A stretch of DNA of 64,000 nucleotides from Octopus vulgaris (lineage: Eukaryota): assembly GCA_951406725.2 (NCBI GenBank), contig OX597819.1, forward strand, positions 132,060,001 to 132,124,000, given 5' to 3'. The notes beneath the pieces are model-generated. The model did not search any database. It worked only from the letters and a program-made list of their open reading frames with translations, and was not told the DNA's origin. This document shows, one piece after another, positions 52,096 through 64,000 of the stretch. A program made the translations under genes and the position numbers. How positions within the stretch are numbered: the first letter of the stretch is position 1; each line of letters opens with the position of its first letter.

Positions 52096-55000
52096 GGATC
52101 ACAACTACAATTTCCAATTGATTTTTGATGTCGGTGTACTTGACTCAATGGATCTCCTCAAGCACAGGGTCGAAACGGTGTTTCTTTACTTGCCACCTCC
52201 ACAGGAAGTCCAGTGGCACTGGCATTGGCTGGGTGCCAGTCATAGGATTTGGTTTGGCACTGGCAACAATAATGATAAAGCTAAAGTGAAGATCAAGTAA
52301 ATAGTGTATGTGTGTGTGTGTGTGTGTTAATTGGTAAAATGACTGTCTCCATTGTCAACAGTTTATTGTTTTAGAACCATATTTAGAAGTACCAAGTAGA
52401 TTGAGACACAGAAAAAAGCAACAGGCCTCCCTATTGCGCTCGGCTCAACGACCAATTTAGTTGTACAATGTACTTTTTTTGTTGCCATATTTCTGTGGAA
52501 ATAAACATTGTGTCAGTTTATGATGAATTTAGTAAAATAATTTTCATTATTAAGCTGGTGTTTGGAACGTAAATTAGCATAAACGTAAATTAGCATAAAA
52601 TGTTGATGGAAGGTTTTACTTAATCCTTCAGCATTTAAACTGACCAGATTCAGGCCAAATTGTCCATTTATATTCAAGTTGGTCAGGTTCAGCTTCTCAC
52701 ACCTTTCCAATAGACAATTTATCATCATTGACATCTGGAAACCATCAAGTAATGCATGATTAGTTCAAAACAATGAGTGTTGTTACATTTGGCAAATCAA
52801 TGTGAATGCTAAAGAGTTCAGATACTTTTAGAACGGAGTTTGTATCACAGAACCAGGAGGGTTGGTTTCTGGCAGGTTGATATTGAAAGGGGTTGAAGTT
52901 GTAACAGGGATCGGGAAAGTGAGGCCTGTTTCGTCTGTGTCACATTCCTGTTTGTTACACCTCCTGATACTCATTAGAGTCTTTTATAGCAATTGGCTGG
53001 GCACTCGGTTGGTTACAATGACAAGCCTTGTTGATCCAATCAACGGAACAGCCTCCTGCAAGTGGCTGAGCGCTCCACAGACGTGCTTATCCTCAAAGCA
53101 GTCCTTAGGGAGATTCAACATCACACATTGAATGCAATAAGGTTGATCCCATTGAATTACAGGTACCAGCTGAGTGGACTGGAGCAATGTGAAATAAGGG
53201 ACACAATGTGCTGCTGGAAATCAAATTAACAACCTTACGATCAAGGGCCAAATACACTAATAAGCCATGTGCCTTCATTTGTTAACGAATTAATATAATT
53301 ACCATTTTTGAGAAAAAATACTTAACCTGTTTTTTTTTTTTTTGTCTTTATGAACCCTCCCCCCCCCGTATTCTTTGATTTGCCTTGTTTCTCTTGGTTG
53401 AATCTCCTCTTTCTTGATTTCTTTAAAACATTTCCTAACAAACAAAGGAATATTGTTTTCTATTTATTTTAAAACATGGACCCACCTCACCACCACCGGC
53501 TTCTTTCATTCCGACATTTCCATGATTATAGATTTTTGTTTAAAAATATTTCTTTAGCAGTTGCACTCTTTGACTGGAGTTTTATTTCGTGCATGACTAA
53601 ACTTGGTTTTATGAAGCAATTCTCTCCTGGTGCTTGGTTTTAAAAAACTGCAGTTAACTTTTAATATTAAAACTTTAATTTGTTTTCTGAAAACTGTTGG
53701 CTATAAATATGTTGCCTTAAGTGGGTGTGTTTAGTGGAGTTTAATGCAAAAATATGTAAATGTCATAGAAAACTTAGTAGTATAATAAAAGCCATTGTGC
53801 TGTAAATTCTGGCTCTTTTGCCTGTTGATATTATAACTAATATTGTATGCATATATATATATATATATATATGTGAAAATAATTAATCTAATTTTTATGT
53901 ATGATAAATTAAGACTACAGATTGTGGAAGGCGTCTGAAAAATTGACATTTATCGACTTTAACTGATAATGTCATTGGTATAGAGCGTTGGTAATAAATA
54001 AAATGTGAAAGTCTGGCAATGATGTAGCTTTCTAAACAGAAATGAAAACAACACTAAAATATAGACACAAAATCTGGAGTTGGAACTGTGTCTTGGAATG
54101 GTGTTCCTTCATCCCTTGTGTGTGGTTCCAAATATTGACTTTTGCTGGGTTTTCAGATTTTCGGAAATTTGCAAAAATGTAATAGAAGTAAACAGAGAAA
54201 TAACTTAATTTTAATAAATTACTGTGCTTACAAGCGATTGAGCATATTCCTTGATGGAATTCATAAATGGAACAACTGTATCACGTTCCAAGTGAAAAAA
54301 AAACCCCCAACTACTTGTATTTGGATGTTGTTTTAGAAGTATAGTTTCCGTATATATCTGGTTTCTCTGACCTCAAAAAGTTAGGAAATTAATTTGTGGC
54401 TTGGTTGATTCAAGAAACAGCTTTACCAAGTATGGGGGAGGAACAACTTTCTGCCATCATGGGCAGTAGTGGTAGGTGCTGTAACAGCACATCACTGCAT
54501 CCACCATTTGTTGGTGATCCCCTATTCCTGGTGGAATGGTGTCTCTGCAATACTCAAGCAACAAACCCTCCAACCCACGGGTCTCTTTGATTTGTTGTGA
54601 CTGGTGAGGGCTCTTATGGGGTCGGCGTGCAAATCCTATGTCAACCTCTTTTACGACAAGTAGAGGAAATGTTGGGTCTCTTCTTTGACATGCTGGTCCC
54701 TACACAGTGTTGGGGCAACATGAAGTGTAGTTTCTCAGCAGCACACCATGTTGCCTGGTCCGGGAATTGAACCCATGATCTGACCATCCTGAGTGGAACA
54801 CCCAACCACTGGACCATGGACCTTCACACGGTTAGTAACACAAGCAGTATCAGCAAATATGATCTATGTACTATAATTATAATTTCGACTTTTATTAAAT
54901 TTCTTGGTACTTACACAAAATAATGAAATATTAATTTTCAGAAGAAAACCAATTTATTCCCTTTAAATAAAATTATATGAATTGGATTCTCATTTGTATA

Positions 55001-55179
55001 ACTCATCCCATAACTACTGTTATTTAATCCTTCTCCTCCCCCTCCCCTCTATGCTGCCTTCTCTTTGTGTGTAGCACTTCTTTACTCCTTGCCTGCCACT
55101 AAGCCTTATCTGCACTTCTTATGTCAACTCTCTCTGCATCTCTTGTTTTACTTTCTCTCCAAACAATGCAAAGTGTGAC

Positions 55180-55236
<57 letters not shown>

Positions 55237-55990
55237 GCTGGATGAAATGCTTAGCAGTGTTTTGCCCGTTGTAAGTTTGAATTCTGCCGGGGTTGACTTT
55301 GCCTTTCATTCTTTGTGGGGAGGGATGATAAAATAGGTGCTGGTGTAACACTGGGATCAATGTAATCAACTAGTCCCCGTCCCTCCAAATTTCAGGCCTC
55401 CTGCATTTAGTAGAAAGGAGCTGGTGGAAGCATTAGCACACCAAGCGAAATGTTTGGTGTATTTTGTCCATTTTTATGTTCTGAGTTGAAATTCTGCTGA
55501 AGTCTATTTTGCCTTTCCTCCTTTCGGGGTTGTTGATAAAATAAGTACCAGTTGAGTACTGGAGTTGATGTGATCAGTTAGTCCCCTTTCCCAAAATTGC
55601 CGGCCTTGTGCCAAAAATTGAAACCATTATTATAATGGTTTCAAATTTAATAGAGATTCCAACAAGAGATATTTTTTATTGGCTCAGTTCTTGGAAAGCC
55701 GTTTTGTCAATTGAATCAACTGAGAAATGAAAGACGGCATTAATCTGAGCTGGATCTCGGTCTCGAGGGAGGAAGTGATTAGTCTAGGAATTCAACTGAA
55801 TCTTAATTAGTTCAATACTTTTGATGGCTAATGATTCTCTGGTTGTTAAATAATCTGAGAATTACTAAGGTTCAAATCAGAGGTTCTCAACCCTTTTTTT
55901 GCCTGCCAACCCCTTTGATTCTTATTTTACTCTACTGGACCCTAATAAGCATTCAGTGTTTAAAAAGGGTCGCCTTATATTTTTATAGTT

Positions 55991-56049
55991 AAATGGAACC
56001 ATACAGAAAAGGTTAGTGTGGCCCCTGCACGAGGATGACAGTGCATATT
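55991..56049 (+). pseudogene. U6 snRNA fragment (retropseudogene)
   Basis: aaatggaaccatacagaaaaggttagtgtggcccctgcacgaggatgaca aligns by hand to the U6 core (AATTGGAACGATACAGAGAAGATTAGCATGGCCCCTGCGCAAGGATGACA) at about 42/50; ACAGAGA box and AGC triad are mutated. Confidence 0.8.
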
Positions 56050-57138
56050 TTTCTTGTGGGTGCCGGTGCCACATAAATGCCCCTGTGCCAGTGGCACGTA
56101 GAATGCACCCAGTGCACACTCTGTAAAGTGGTTGGCATTAGGAAGGGCATCCAGCTGCAGAAACCCTGCCAAAACATGGAGCCTGGGCAGCTCTCCAACT
56201 GGCCACCTCCTGCCAAACTGTCCAATCAATGCCAGCGTGGAAAGCAGATGTTAAATGACGGTGATTAGGAATTGTATAAAAAGAAATTCTTTAATATTTT
56301 GTCTATTGTAGCAGTAAAACCAATTTAATGCTCATAAATTTTAACAGCGGAATTTTATGTTGACCAATGGTTTGGATAATGACCAGGTCAGACAGTAAAA
56401 GCTGTATAGTTTTTGTTTGTTCGTCTTTTTTTTTTGTAATGGTTGGTTTTCCATGCTTCCATGGGTTGGATGAATATATTATGGAAGCATTGTGGTTACA
56501 GCTGGATGCTCTTCCTGTTGCTACCCATTGCTTATTCTTCGAGTGTGAGGTCAGTTACTCCACACAGCTTAAAACTAACTGACCACCTCCTGCCGTTGCA
56601 CTTTCATATAAGCAATTGCTGATGTAAACAAATGCATGGTTCCATGCACACGTATATCTATCATCATCATCATCGTTTAGCGTCCGTTTTCCATGCTAGC
56701 ATGGGTTGGACGGTTCTACTGGGGTCTGTGAAGCCAGAAGGCTTCATCAGGCCCAGTCAAATCTGGCAGTGTTTCTACGGCTGGATGCCTTTCCTAACGC
56801 CAACCACTCCGTGAGTGTAGTGGGTGCTTTTTACGTGCCACCCGCACAGTTATATATATGTGTGTCTGTGTGTGTAAATATATGTCTGTATGTAGTAGAG
56901 TAATAAAAAGTTCTTGGTACAGTGTTATATATATTTGAAAAAATGAGTAGAGATGGCTTTTTTTTGGTGGGGTGGGGGATAATTTTAATTTTAATCTTAA
57001 TAAAGTTTACAAGTTAATTAGTCTGGTATGAGTTTTGAGCTTCAAGTAACCGTTTTCAGACTGGAAAATGTATTGTTTTTACTGGATGCTTAAATAGCAA
57101 AAGATTTTTTTTCTTACAAGTATAGGTAAGTATAGATT

Positions 57139-57305
57139 GGGCCAATCTTTTCTCCACTTGATATTGGCTGGTTGAAGAAGTGGTTTTCTTCTTGCTCTTC
57201 TGTCATAGTAACCAAGTTTGTGGAGAAACCTGGCAGCTGTTCTGGGACAGCCATCAACTTGTTCTGCTCTGTCAGAGGTGTTGCAACGAGGATTATCCTT
57301 CACAC
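57139..57305 (-). mobile_element. Tc1-like transposase fragment
   Basis: DNPRCNTSD...RTAARFLHKLGYYDRRARRKPLLQPANIKWRKDW matches the Tc1 RxARxKPLL motif. Confidence 0.7.
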
Positions 57306-58599
57306 TTAGCAAAGAGAAGGCTCCTGTTAGAGTGCCCTGGTTGACCTGGGCAAGGTGATGTGGACTCCTTCCCCTCTCTAGTGAATTGCACAATCACCCT
57401 ATTAACTGTAGAAATCGGGATCCCAAGGTTTTCAGATTAACTCACAATACGGCGTCTTCGAAATTTGGACAGTTCCAAGGCTTCTTTTGTACATGGCATA
57501 ATTAAACAGTCACATATGGAACCTGGAACATAAAAGTGTCAATTAATAAAATCTATAAACCGTTACAAGTTAAAATATACATAAAACAAGGTTCTATGAG
57601 GTGTCTATTTACTTCTGTCATGTCTGTGTATATCTTGCTATATACAAACACTGTAGCCTTTTGTTTCCCTCCTACCAAATCCACTCGACGCTATGCTTGG
57701 CTCAGGGCTGTAGTAAACACTTGTCCAAGATAGCACACAGAGAGTGCGGTTGAGCGTAAAACCATGTGGTTGACAAATGGACTTCTCAACTACACAATCA
57801 TGCATGAACATAATTTTATATTTTAGAGATTCTATACTTCTCTATAAAGTCAATTTTTCAAATATTTTCATGTGTGGGCTTTTTCAGTTCAGTGACACTT
57901 TTAATTTAGACATGGTTCGGTGGAAACTTATCCAAAGTGGTTTAAATTTTGACAGAGTTCACAATATTTTGGTGTAGAATTTCTTAATTTCCAGCTATTT
58001 TGAGAATGAATCGTTATTCCCACTGAAATTGAGGTTGTGGAATCAGTTGATATATCTTTATCGTGTGCTGCTTTTAAGAAGCTTGAAGCAGGGAATAACT
58101 TGGCAAAGTTTCCTGAAAAGTGCCTACAAACTAGATCTAATCTTTATCTTCAAAAGATATTCTATTTAATGATGTGTTTTTAAATGTTGCTTTCTATATT
58201 AGACGTTTTTGGTTCACTTGACTTTGCCTGATTCTCCACAAAATTCTTCTGTTAGAAACGGTGGAATATAATCTTCTCTGATTCATACTCAAGAACATTA
58301 CAGAAAGTTGCAATAATATATTGTTTCTTCCCTACATTAATTTCTCTCTCTCTCTCTCTGTATTGAAGTGAAAGGCCAAATGCAGTGAAATGGGGGTGGA
58401 TGTTTTTCATTAGCTTTCCAAACCAAGGAGTATTATATGCATCTCTTATGACTAGAATAATACTAAACAAATTAGTGATCATACAGCAATTTGAGTTTAA
58501 AAGCATCTGAAATATTGTGTATGTTTGTAGATAGGGTAGTTGGGCAAAATATGACAATTTTCATAAAAGGAAAACGGAATAATATCCCATCCAAAAATA

Positions 58600-59270
58600 G
58601 AAGTATTTTTAAAACTCCAAAAATACCAACTAGAATATATGGCTGGGAGATAAAAGTGCACTGAAAGTAGCCCCCTGTTTACCTTCCACCATGGCCTCAA
58701 GATGGCTCCGGAACCTGGTGCATGTGTTTCTCACTGTGTGCCTGGGAAGATCTTTGAACACCTCCTTGATCTTGACCACTGGCTAGTGGTTGGCATCTTT
58801 CTCAAATGTGACCCACACAGTAATCCATGGGATTGCAATCTAGGGAATTAGGGGATCAGAAATTGGGTCTCGTGAAGTTGTAGAAATTCTCCGACAACCA
58901 CTTCTGACTCTTTGCACAGGTATGGCAAAGAGCCGATTCCTGCTGCCAGACAGACATATGACCTTCAAGCAGCAGACCTCTCCAGCAGCTGCCTGAATTG
59001 AGCCTAAAGCCCCTTTCAAAGACGTGGCAATGAATCCTGGCATATGGACTGTCAGAATGATTGCTGTGTCCCTTCCTGCTGGCCATGGCTTCATAGTTTC
59101 TGCTGCAGCTGGCCATGTCATGTCTTATAGCGTTTAGTGTCCACAGAGCATTGAGCAGCAGTCATGGTATTGACATTTTGATACTTGGCAAGAATCATCG
59201 CAATGCAGGTAACGCTTTTCCAACATTCAGAGAAAGTTGGAAGCTGCACAACATCTATTAAAAAAAAAAG
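58600..59270 (-). mobile_element. Decayed Tc1/mariner transposon, probably DD37D (maT) type
   Basis: VWQQESALCHTCAKSQKWLSENF...F*SPNSLDCNPMDYCV resembles FQQDSAPxH...WPPNSPDLNPLDY; boundaries approximate. Confidence 0.7.
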
Positions 59271-59714
59271 GATTCTGACATATCTGTTTGTTCCTCTTCA
59301 TTCAACAAACGAGTGTTATTTACTATGATTACAAAACTCTGTTCATAAACCCACCAGTATGCAGAGACCCCAAATTTAAAATTCATCAGCAATTTTTTTC
59401 TTTTTCTTATTCCCTTACCTTTCACTGATGAAAGGAACAGTGCTATATCAAACGTGTGACAGGTCCAGTCTTGCTCAGAAACGATATCACTTAGCTACAA
59501 ACAACATTGAAATATTGTTCTAATCATTTTCTCCAATTAAATCAGTGAGAAAATTGACAAGTGAAATCATTAATAATTAATGTTGAATTCTAACTCCTTG
59601 CTTGAGATATTAATTGCCATAATATGCGAAAATCAAAGGAAGACATAATCTGGAGAAATTTATTTGATAAAATGTTAAAACACGTGTATGTGTATATATG
59701 GGTGTGTATATATG

Positions 59715-59762
<48 letters not shown>

Positions 59763-61133
59763 AATAACTTGCTGAGTGATACTCAGCATGGCTTTCGACC
59801 AAGTAGGAGCTGCCTGACCCAGCTCTTAGAACATTATGACTGGGTGTTGAGGCAGTTACTCAACATCTCAAATGTGGATGTAATCTACCTTGATTTTGCA
59901 AAAGCTTTTGACAAGGTGGATCATGGTACGATATGCCACAAACTGCGTGATCTCGGCATAGCTGGAAAACTTGGAGTGTGGTTACATGACTTTCTGAAAG
60001 ATAGGAGTCAGGTAGTAGTGGCTAATGGAGCCACCTCTATGAACACACAAATAGTGAGCGGTGTTCCACAAGGCATTGTCTTGGGACCACTGCTTTTTAT
60101 AGTGGCTCTCTCAGATATGCCCTCAAGTGCCTGGATAGCCACCCGTGCAAGCTACGCAAACGATATGAAAGTCTCGCAGAAAATACAGAACCCCAGCAAT
60201 GTTGCACATCTGCAGCAGGAGTTGGACTCAATCTACAGATGGGCTGGGGATAATAATATGCAGTTTAATGCTGGAAAATTCCAAGCCCTGTGCTACCAGC
60301 ATCCAAAACTAAATATGAAACATACAGGGTACACTGGTCCACAGGGAATTTCAATCCCAGAGCCTAAATCAGTGGGGGACCTGGTATTGACATGAGTGAT
60401 GATACCTCTTTCCAAGTGCACATTACCAAGATGGCTACATAGTGCAGACGACTGGTTGGATGGATCCTGAGAACATTCAGAACCAGAGATAAGGAAACCA
60501 TGATGGTCCTCTGAAGAACATTCATTCTCAGCCACCTGGATTACTGTTCACAGCTATGGCCACCTACCTGTGTAAAATTAACAGCGGACCTTGAAGCAAT
60601 CCAGAGAAGATTCACAAAGAAGATCGTCTCTTTGCAACGGCTCAGCTACTGGGAAAGGTTGAAACAGCTAAGACTCTACTCCCTGGAGAGAAGACGGGAG
60701 AGGTATGCAGTAATATATATCTGGAAGATCCTGGAAGTAATAGTGCCAAATTTTGGCATTGAAAGCTACACCAATGCCAAAACGGAACAACATTGCATAG
60801 TGTCAAAAATTCCAGCAACGCCATCGTGCTTCAGGACCATTTACTGAAACAGCCTGGGTTTCAAAGGCCCACAGCTTTTTAATATTCTCCCAAAGAACCT
60901 GAGGAACCTGCACAAAGTAGATGTAGGGTTTTTTAAATCAAAGCTGGACCTTTTCCTGTCGAGAGTCCCAGATGAACCTACCTCACGGCAAGAGGTGCAA
61001 ATGAGGGCAGCTATATTGAACTCAATTCTTCACCAAGTGCCGCATATTGGAGGAGGCTCTCAGTAATAACAGTGTAGCACAAATGGCGGTGCATCAGGAT
61101 GGCCGCAGCTCTGAGCTGAAACTACAGCAAAAA

Positions 61134-61135
<2 letters not shown>
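59763..61135 (+). mobile_element. 5'-truncated, inactivated CR1-group LINE (RT domain and 3' end)
   Basis: QHGFRPSRSCLTQLL, YLDFAKAFDKVDH, SGVPQGIVLGPLLF, YAND (degenerate YADD), LSYWERLKQLRLYSLERRR; frameshift near 60390 and in-frame stops; flanked by (TA)n. Confidence 0.92.
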
Positions 61136-61179
<44 letters not shown>

Positions 61180-62154
61180 GTGTGCATCTATGTATATGTA
61201 ACGTAGCCATTGCAGCCTATAGGGCTATTGGTGCCTAAAGAGCAACCATACCAAGCCTATTTGGTAAGTGGGGTGGTGGCTCTTGTTGGACACCCTGCAG
61301 GATAAAAATCAAAACCTCGAAGGGCAAACAGCTGGGGATGAGAGATCCCCTAGTTTTTGTTTAGATGTCTTTCTACAAGGTAAACTGTGACTTGCAACTT
61401 TGTTTGCATCCAACAATGTAAACTAGTTCTTTATGAGCAAATGCATACGTTGTTTAGGGAGTGGAGGTCAGAGTTGGCCCTATGCAAGGCCTTTCTTCAC
61501 TTTAAAAAGCTTCAAGTGAAGCAGTCCTTGATTTTTAGCTACCAGCATTGCCTTACTGGCACCTGTGCTGGTGGCATGTGTAAAAGATTCGAGCGAGGTC
61601 GTTGCCAGTACCGCCTGACTGGCACTTGTGTCGGTGGCACGTAAAAAGCACCCACTACACTGGCGTTAGGTTGGCATTAGGAAGGGCATCCAGCTGTAGA
61701 AACTCTGCCAGATCAAGATTGAAGCCTGGTGCAGCCACCTGGTTTGCCAACCTTCAGTCATATGTCCAACCCATGCTAGCATGGAAAGTGGACGTTAAAC
61801 GATGATGCTGATGTAACATACTATGGCTGGTTGTAACGGAGGAAAGCAAACCGCACTGACTGGAAAATTCCATGAAGAGGTGCTCATCATTCCCACATCT
61901 GTGCAAAAGTATGTGGGTCACTACCAGGACTGAAAAGCCACATCTGTGCCACTTAGGCTCAGGAAGACATTCGAGTAAAGGCATCAGTTGAAATCGTGTT
62001 ACAGTCATAGTTGATGCATGCAGATGTATAGACTTGCACACTGCTCCAGAAAATATCGTTTTGGACTTGGGTTCCACTGAGCAACACCATGGGCTTCTAT
62101 ATAACCTCAGGTCAATCAGATCATTGTGAGTAGATTTGGTGAAGAGACAATGAA

Positions 62155-62542
62155 TGGTGGATGGTCTACCTGATCGCTCTTTATCAATAAAGCTACAATC
62201 TCCAGCTCGGAACCTTGTGAACCACTTCCATACAGTTCTTTCAGATAAAGTAACATCTCCGTAAACTGTGCATATTTCTTTGGTTGCTTGTGACACATTT
62301 TTCCCTTTACGGAAAAAGAAAAGCATCAAGTGTCGAAAATGAACTTTCTTGTCTTCCATTTTAAAGGGTTACAGAATTAACACAGGTTATAGGAACATAA
62401 ACCCTTTTCCATGAAAAGATAGCTTAAACTGTGCTCTAAATGGAAGTGAAGTCAAATCCTATTTTATGGACTCAACCATGTTCTAAAATAAGTTGAAAGG
62501 TAAGCTACTATAAATCAGCTCGAACTTTCCGGACAACCCAAA
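62155..62542 (-). mobile_element. Mariner 5' fragment with TIR
   Basis: MEDKKVHFRHLMLFFFRKGKNVSQATKEICTVYG...WFTRFRAG...RSGRPS (mariner HTH); TIR-like ttgggttgtccggaaagttc near 62542. Confidence 0.85.
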
Positions 62543-62597
62543 ATACATATTCTGTTGTGTCTGGGGAGGGTCATTTTCTTTTTGTGCCTTATAATTT

Positions 62598-62771
62598 AAC
62601 ACACTCACCGGTAAAATTTCCACATATTTCTTATATTTATTTTCCTAAAATTTCCATTGCATCTTGCAATCTTTTCAGTAGTCAAGGCTATTGAAGAAGT
62701 TGCAAGACGCAATGAAAATTTTAGGAAAATAAAAAGAAGGAATTAGTGGAAATTTTACCGGTGAGTGTGTT
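62598..62771. repeat. Near-perfect palindrome (foldback MITE-like)
   Basis: AACACACTCACCGGTAAAATTTCCAC...GTGGAAATTTTACCGGTGAGTGTGTT; arms pair almost to the centre (~62685). Confidence 0.85.
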
Positions 62772-63483
62772 TATATAAATTATGTATAATACACACGCAC
62801 ACACACTTATATAGAATGCTGTATTCACGTTCATCTTCGTGAGATTTACTGTGTTTCCCAGTTATTTATATCATTAATTTTTCTTTCTCTATTATTTCTG
62901 ACATTTACATCAAAGCCTCATATCTTAATTACTATTTATAAAGGTTGGTAGAGCTCATCTGCTCAGCACACAATGAATGAAATTTATTCTTCTCCATAAT
63001 TGCACCCTTTTCTGCTTTGTTTTATCCGAGGCCAGACCTATGAACACCCTCAGTTCCTGCTCCACGCTGCAGTCTTTTCTCTCTTAATGTTATTTTAAAT
63101 TCAATATCGATGCTAAAATATTAAATTGTTTTACTAAGTCTGCTGTTGGTTGGGTTTTCCTTTCTAATTTATTCCTGCAGCTCCATTTACATGTAAGTAG
63201 TTTAAAGAACAATAAAAAGCTTAACCTGTAATTCTTTAATTACTACCTTCAGTGACTTCAGAGTCACCTGTTAATTAGTTTACTCTGATCTCAATGACTT
63301 CATTGACTTTTAAATCCAGCAATTTTATTCAAACCAATTCTATTCTTCTCATTTCTAATGCAAAAATCTCTATAAGAAAAAAATAAAGTAATCTTTGAGT
63401 AGCTGTGATTTTTTTTTTTTACAGTGTCTGCCCATAGCTTCTGTTTTCTTTCAATACTAAATCTAACTACCCCTGAGTTTGTT

Positions 63484-63664
63484 TAACCCTTTAACATTGA
63501 AACTAGCCAGATCAGGCCTCTCACACCTATCCTACAATGTCATTCTAGAAATATGCAATCTCATCATTGAAATCTCCAAACTGAGATAATGCATGATTAA
63601 TCCAAAGCAATGGGAATAAATAAGGATTACATTTGACCGAATAGTCTGAATGCTAAAGGATTAA
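63484..63664. mobile_element. piggyBac-type MITE
   Basis: TTAACCCTTTAACATT...AATGCTAAAGGATTAA termini. Confidence 0.7.
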
Positions 63665-63930
63665 TCTTTGTTTCAGAAAAAAACCAAACAAGCAAAGCAA
63701 AACATTCTGTTATCAAGGTGAAAGAATCCTAGAGATAACGATTGTTTTTGGCATTGCTGCCTCTTTTAATGAAAGTCTTGTAGTCTTCATGGCATCAACT
63801 GATTCTTGTATGTCTTTATGAATTTCCTTCCGTCATATCCGAGTTGTATTTGATGATCAGATGATGTATATTTTGATTCAGCATCGGTGATGGTGGTCGT
63901 CGTTTAAATGTGACCTTTTTGTTTTCCCAG

Positions 63931-64000
63931 CTGGAAACGGTTTGTTTCATTCTTCGTTGTGTAAACTTTGCGATGCTTACAGACTTGCAGCTGTTCCTTG
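63931..64000 (+). CDS. Candidate second exon of the divergent plus-strand gene (runs off the window end)
   Basis: Branch-like GTGAC, then cctttttgttttcccag acceptor; open in phase 1 (AGNGLFHSSLCKLCDAYRLAAVP...), compatible with exon 47961-48000. No homology recognised. Confidence 0.4.
   Translation, partial: METVCFILRCVNFAMLTDLQLFL

Noticed and set aside
53921-53990. Possible exon 2 of the plus-strand gene after ACTACAG
   Set aside because: Weak polypyrimidine tract and an in-frame stop within 9 codons in the required phase.
59424-59490. CTGATGA...GAAAC as a fourth hammerhead
   Set aside because: No pairing stem II or stem I could be drawn.

Overview
AT-rich, repeat-dense eukaryotic DNA. 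The SINE, LINE and MITE repertoire and microsatellite load point to an octopod cephalopod (inference). One complete protein-coding gene is present: a minus-strand, three-exon HRG1/SLC48A1 heme transporter (CDS 47874-47736, 19009-18842, 16496-16330; 157 aa) with a 28.7-kb first intron and possibly a very long 3' UTR (strong poly(A) site at ~1105-1132). It is head-to-head with an unidentified plus-strand gene whose ATG (47961) lies only 86 nt away, around a TCTCGCGAGA palindrome. The rest is tRNA-derived SINEs, truncated CR1-, RTE- and L1/Tx1-type LINEs, decayed Tc1/mariner elements, Helitron/Helentron and piggyBac-type MITEs, and microsatellites. Most notable: three minimal type I hammerhead ribozyme motifs in HRG1 intron 1. 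One is fused to a Pol III tRNA head (a ribozyme-carrying SINE-like element) and one sits in a highly structured Penelope/retrozyme-like unit. Also notable are a U6 snRNA-RTE chimera and a SINE/CR1-LINE pair sharing a 3' stem-loop with compensatory changes. All alignments were done by eye; no database searches were run.
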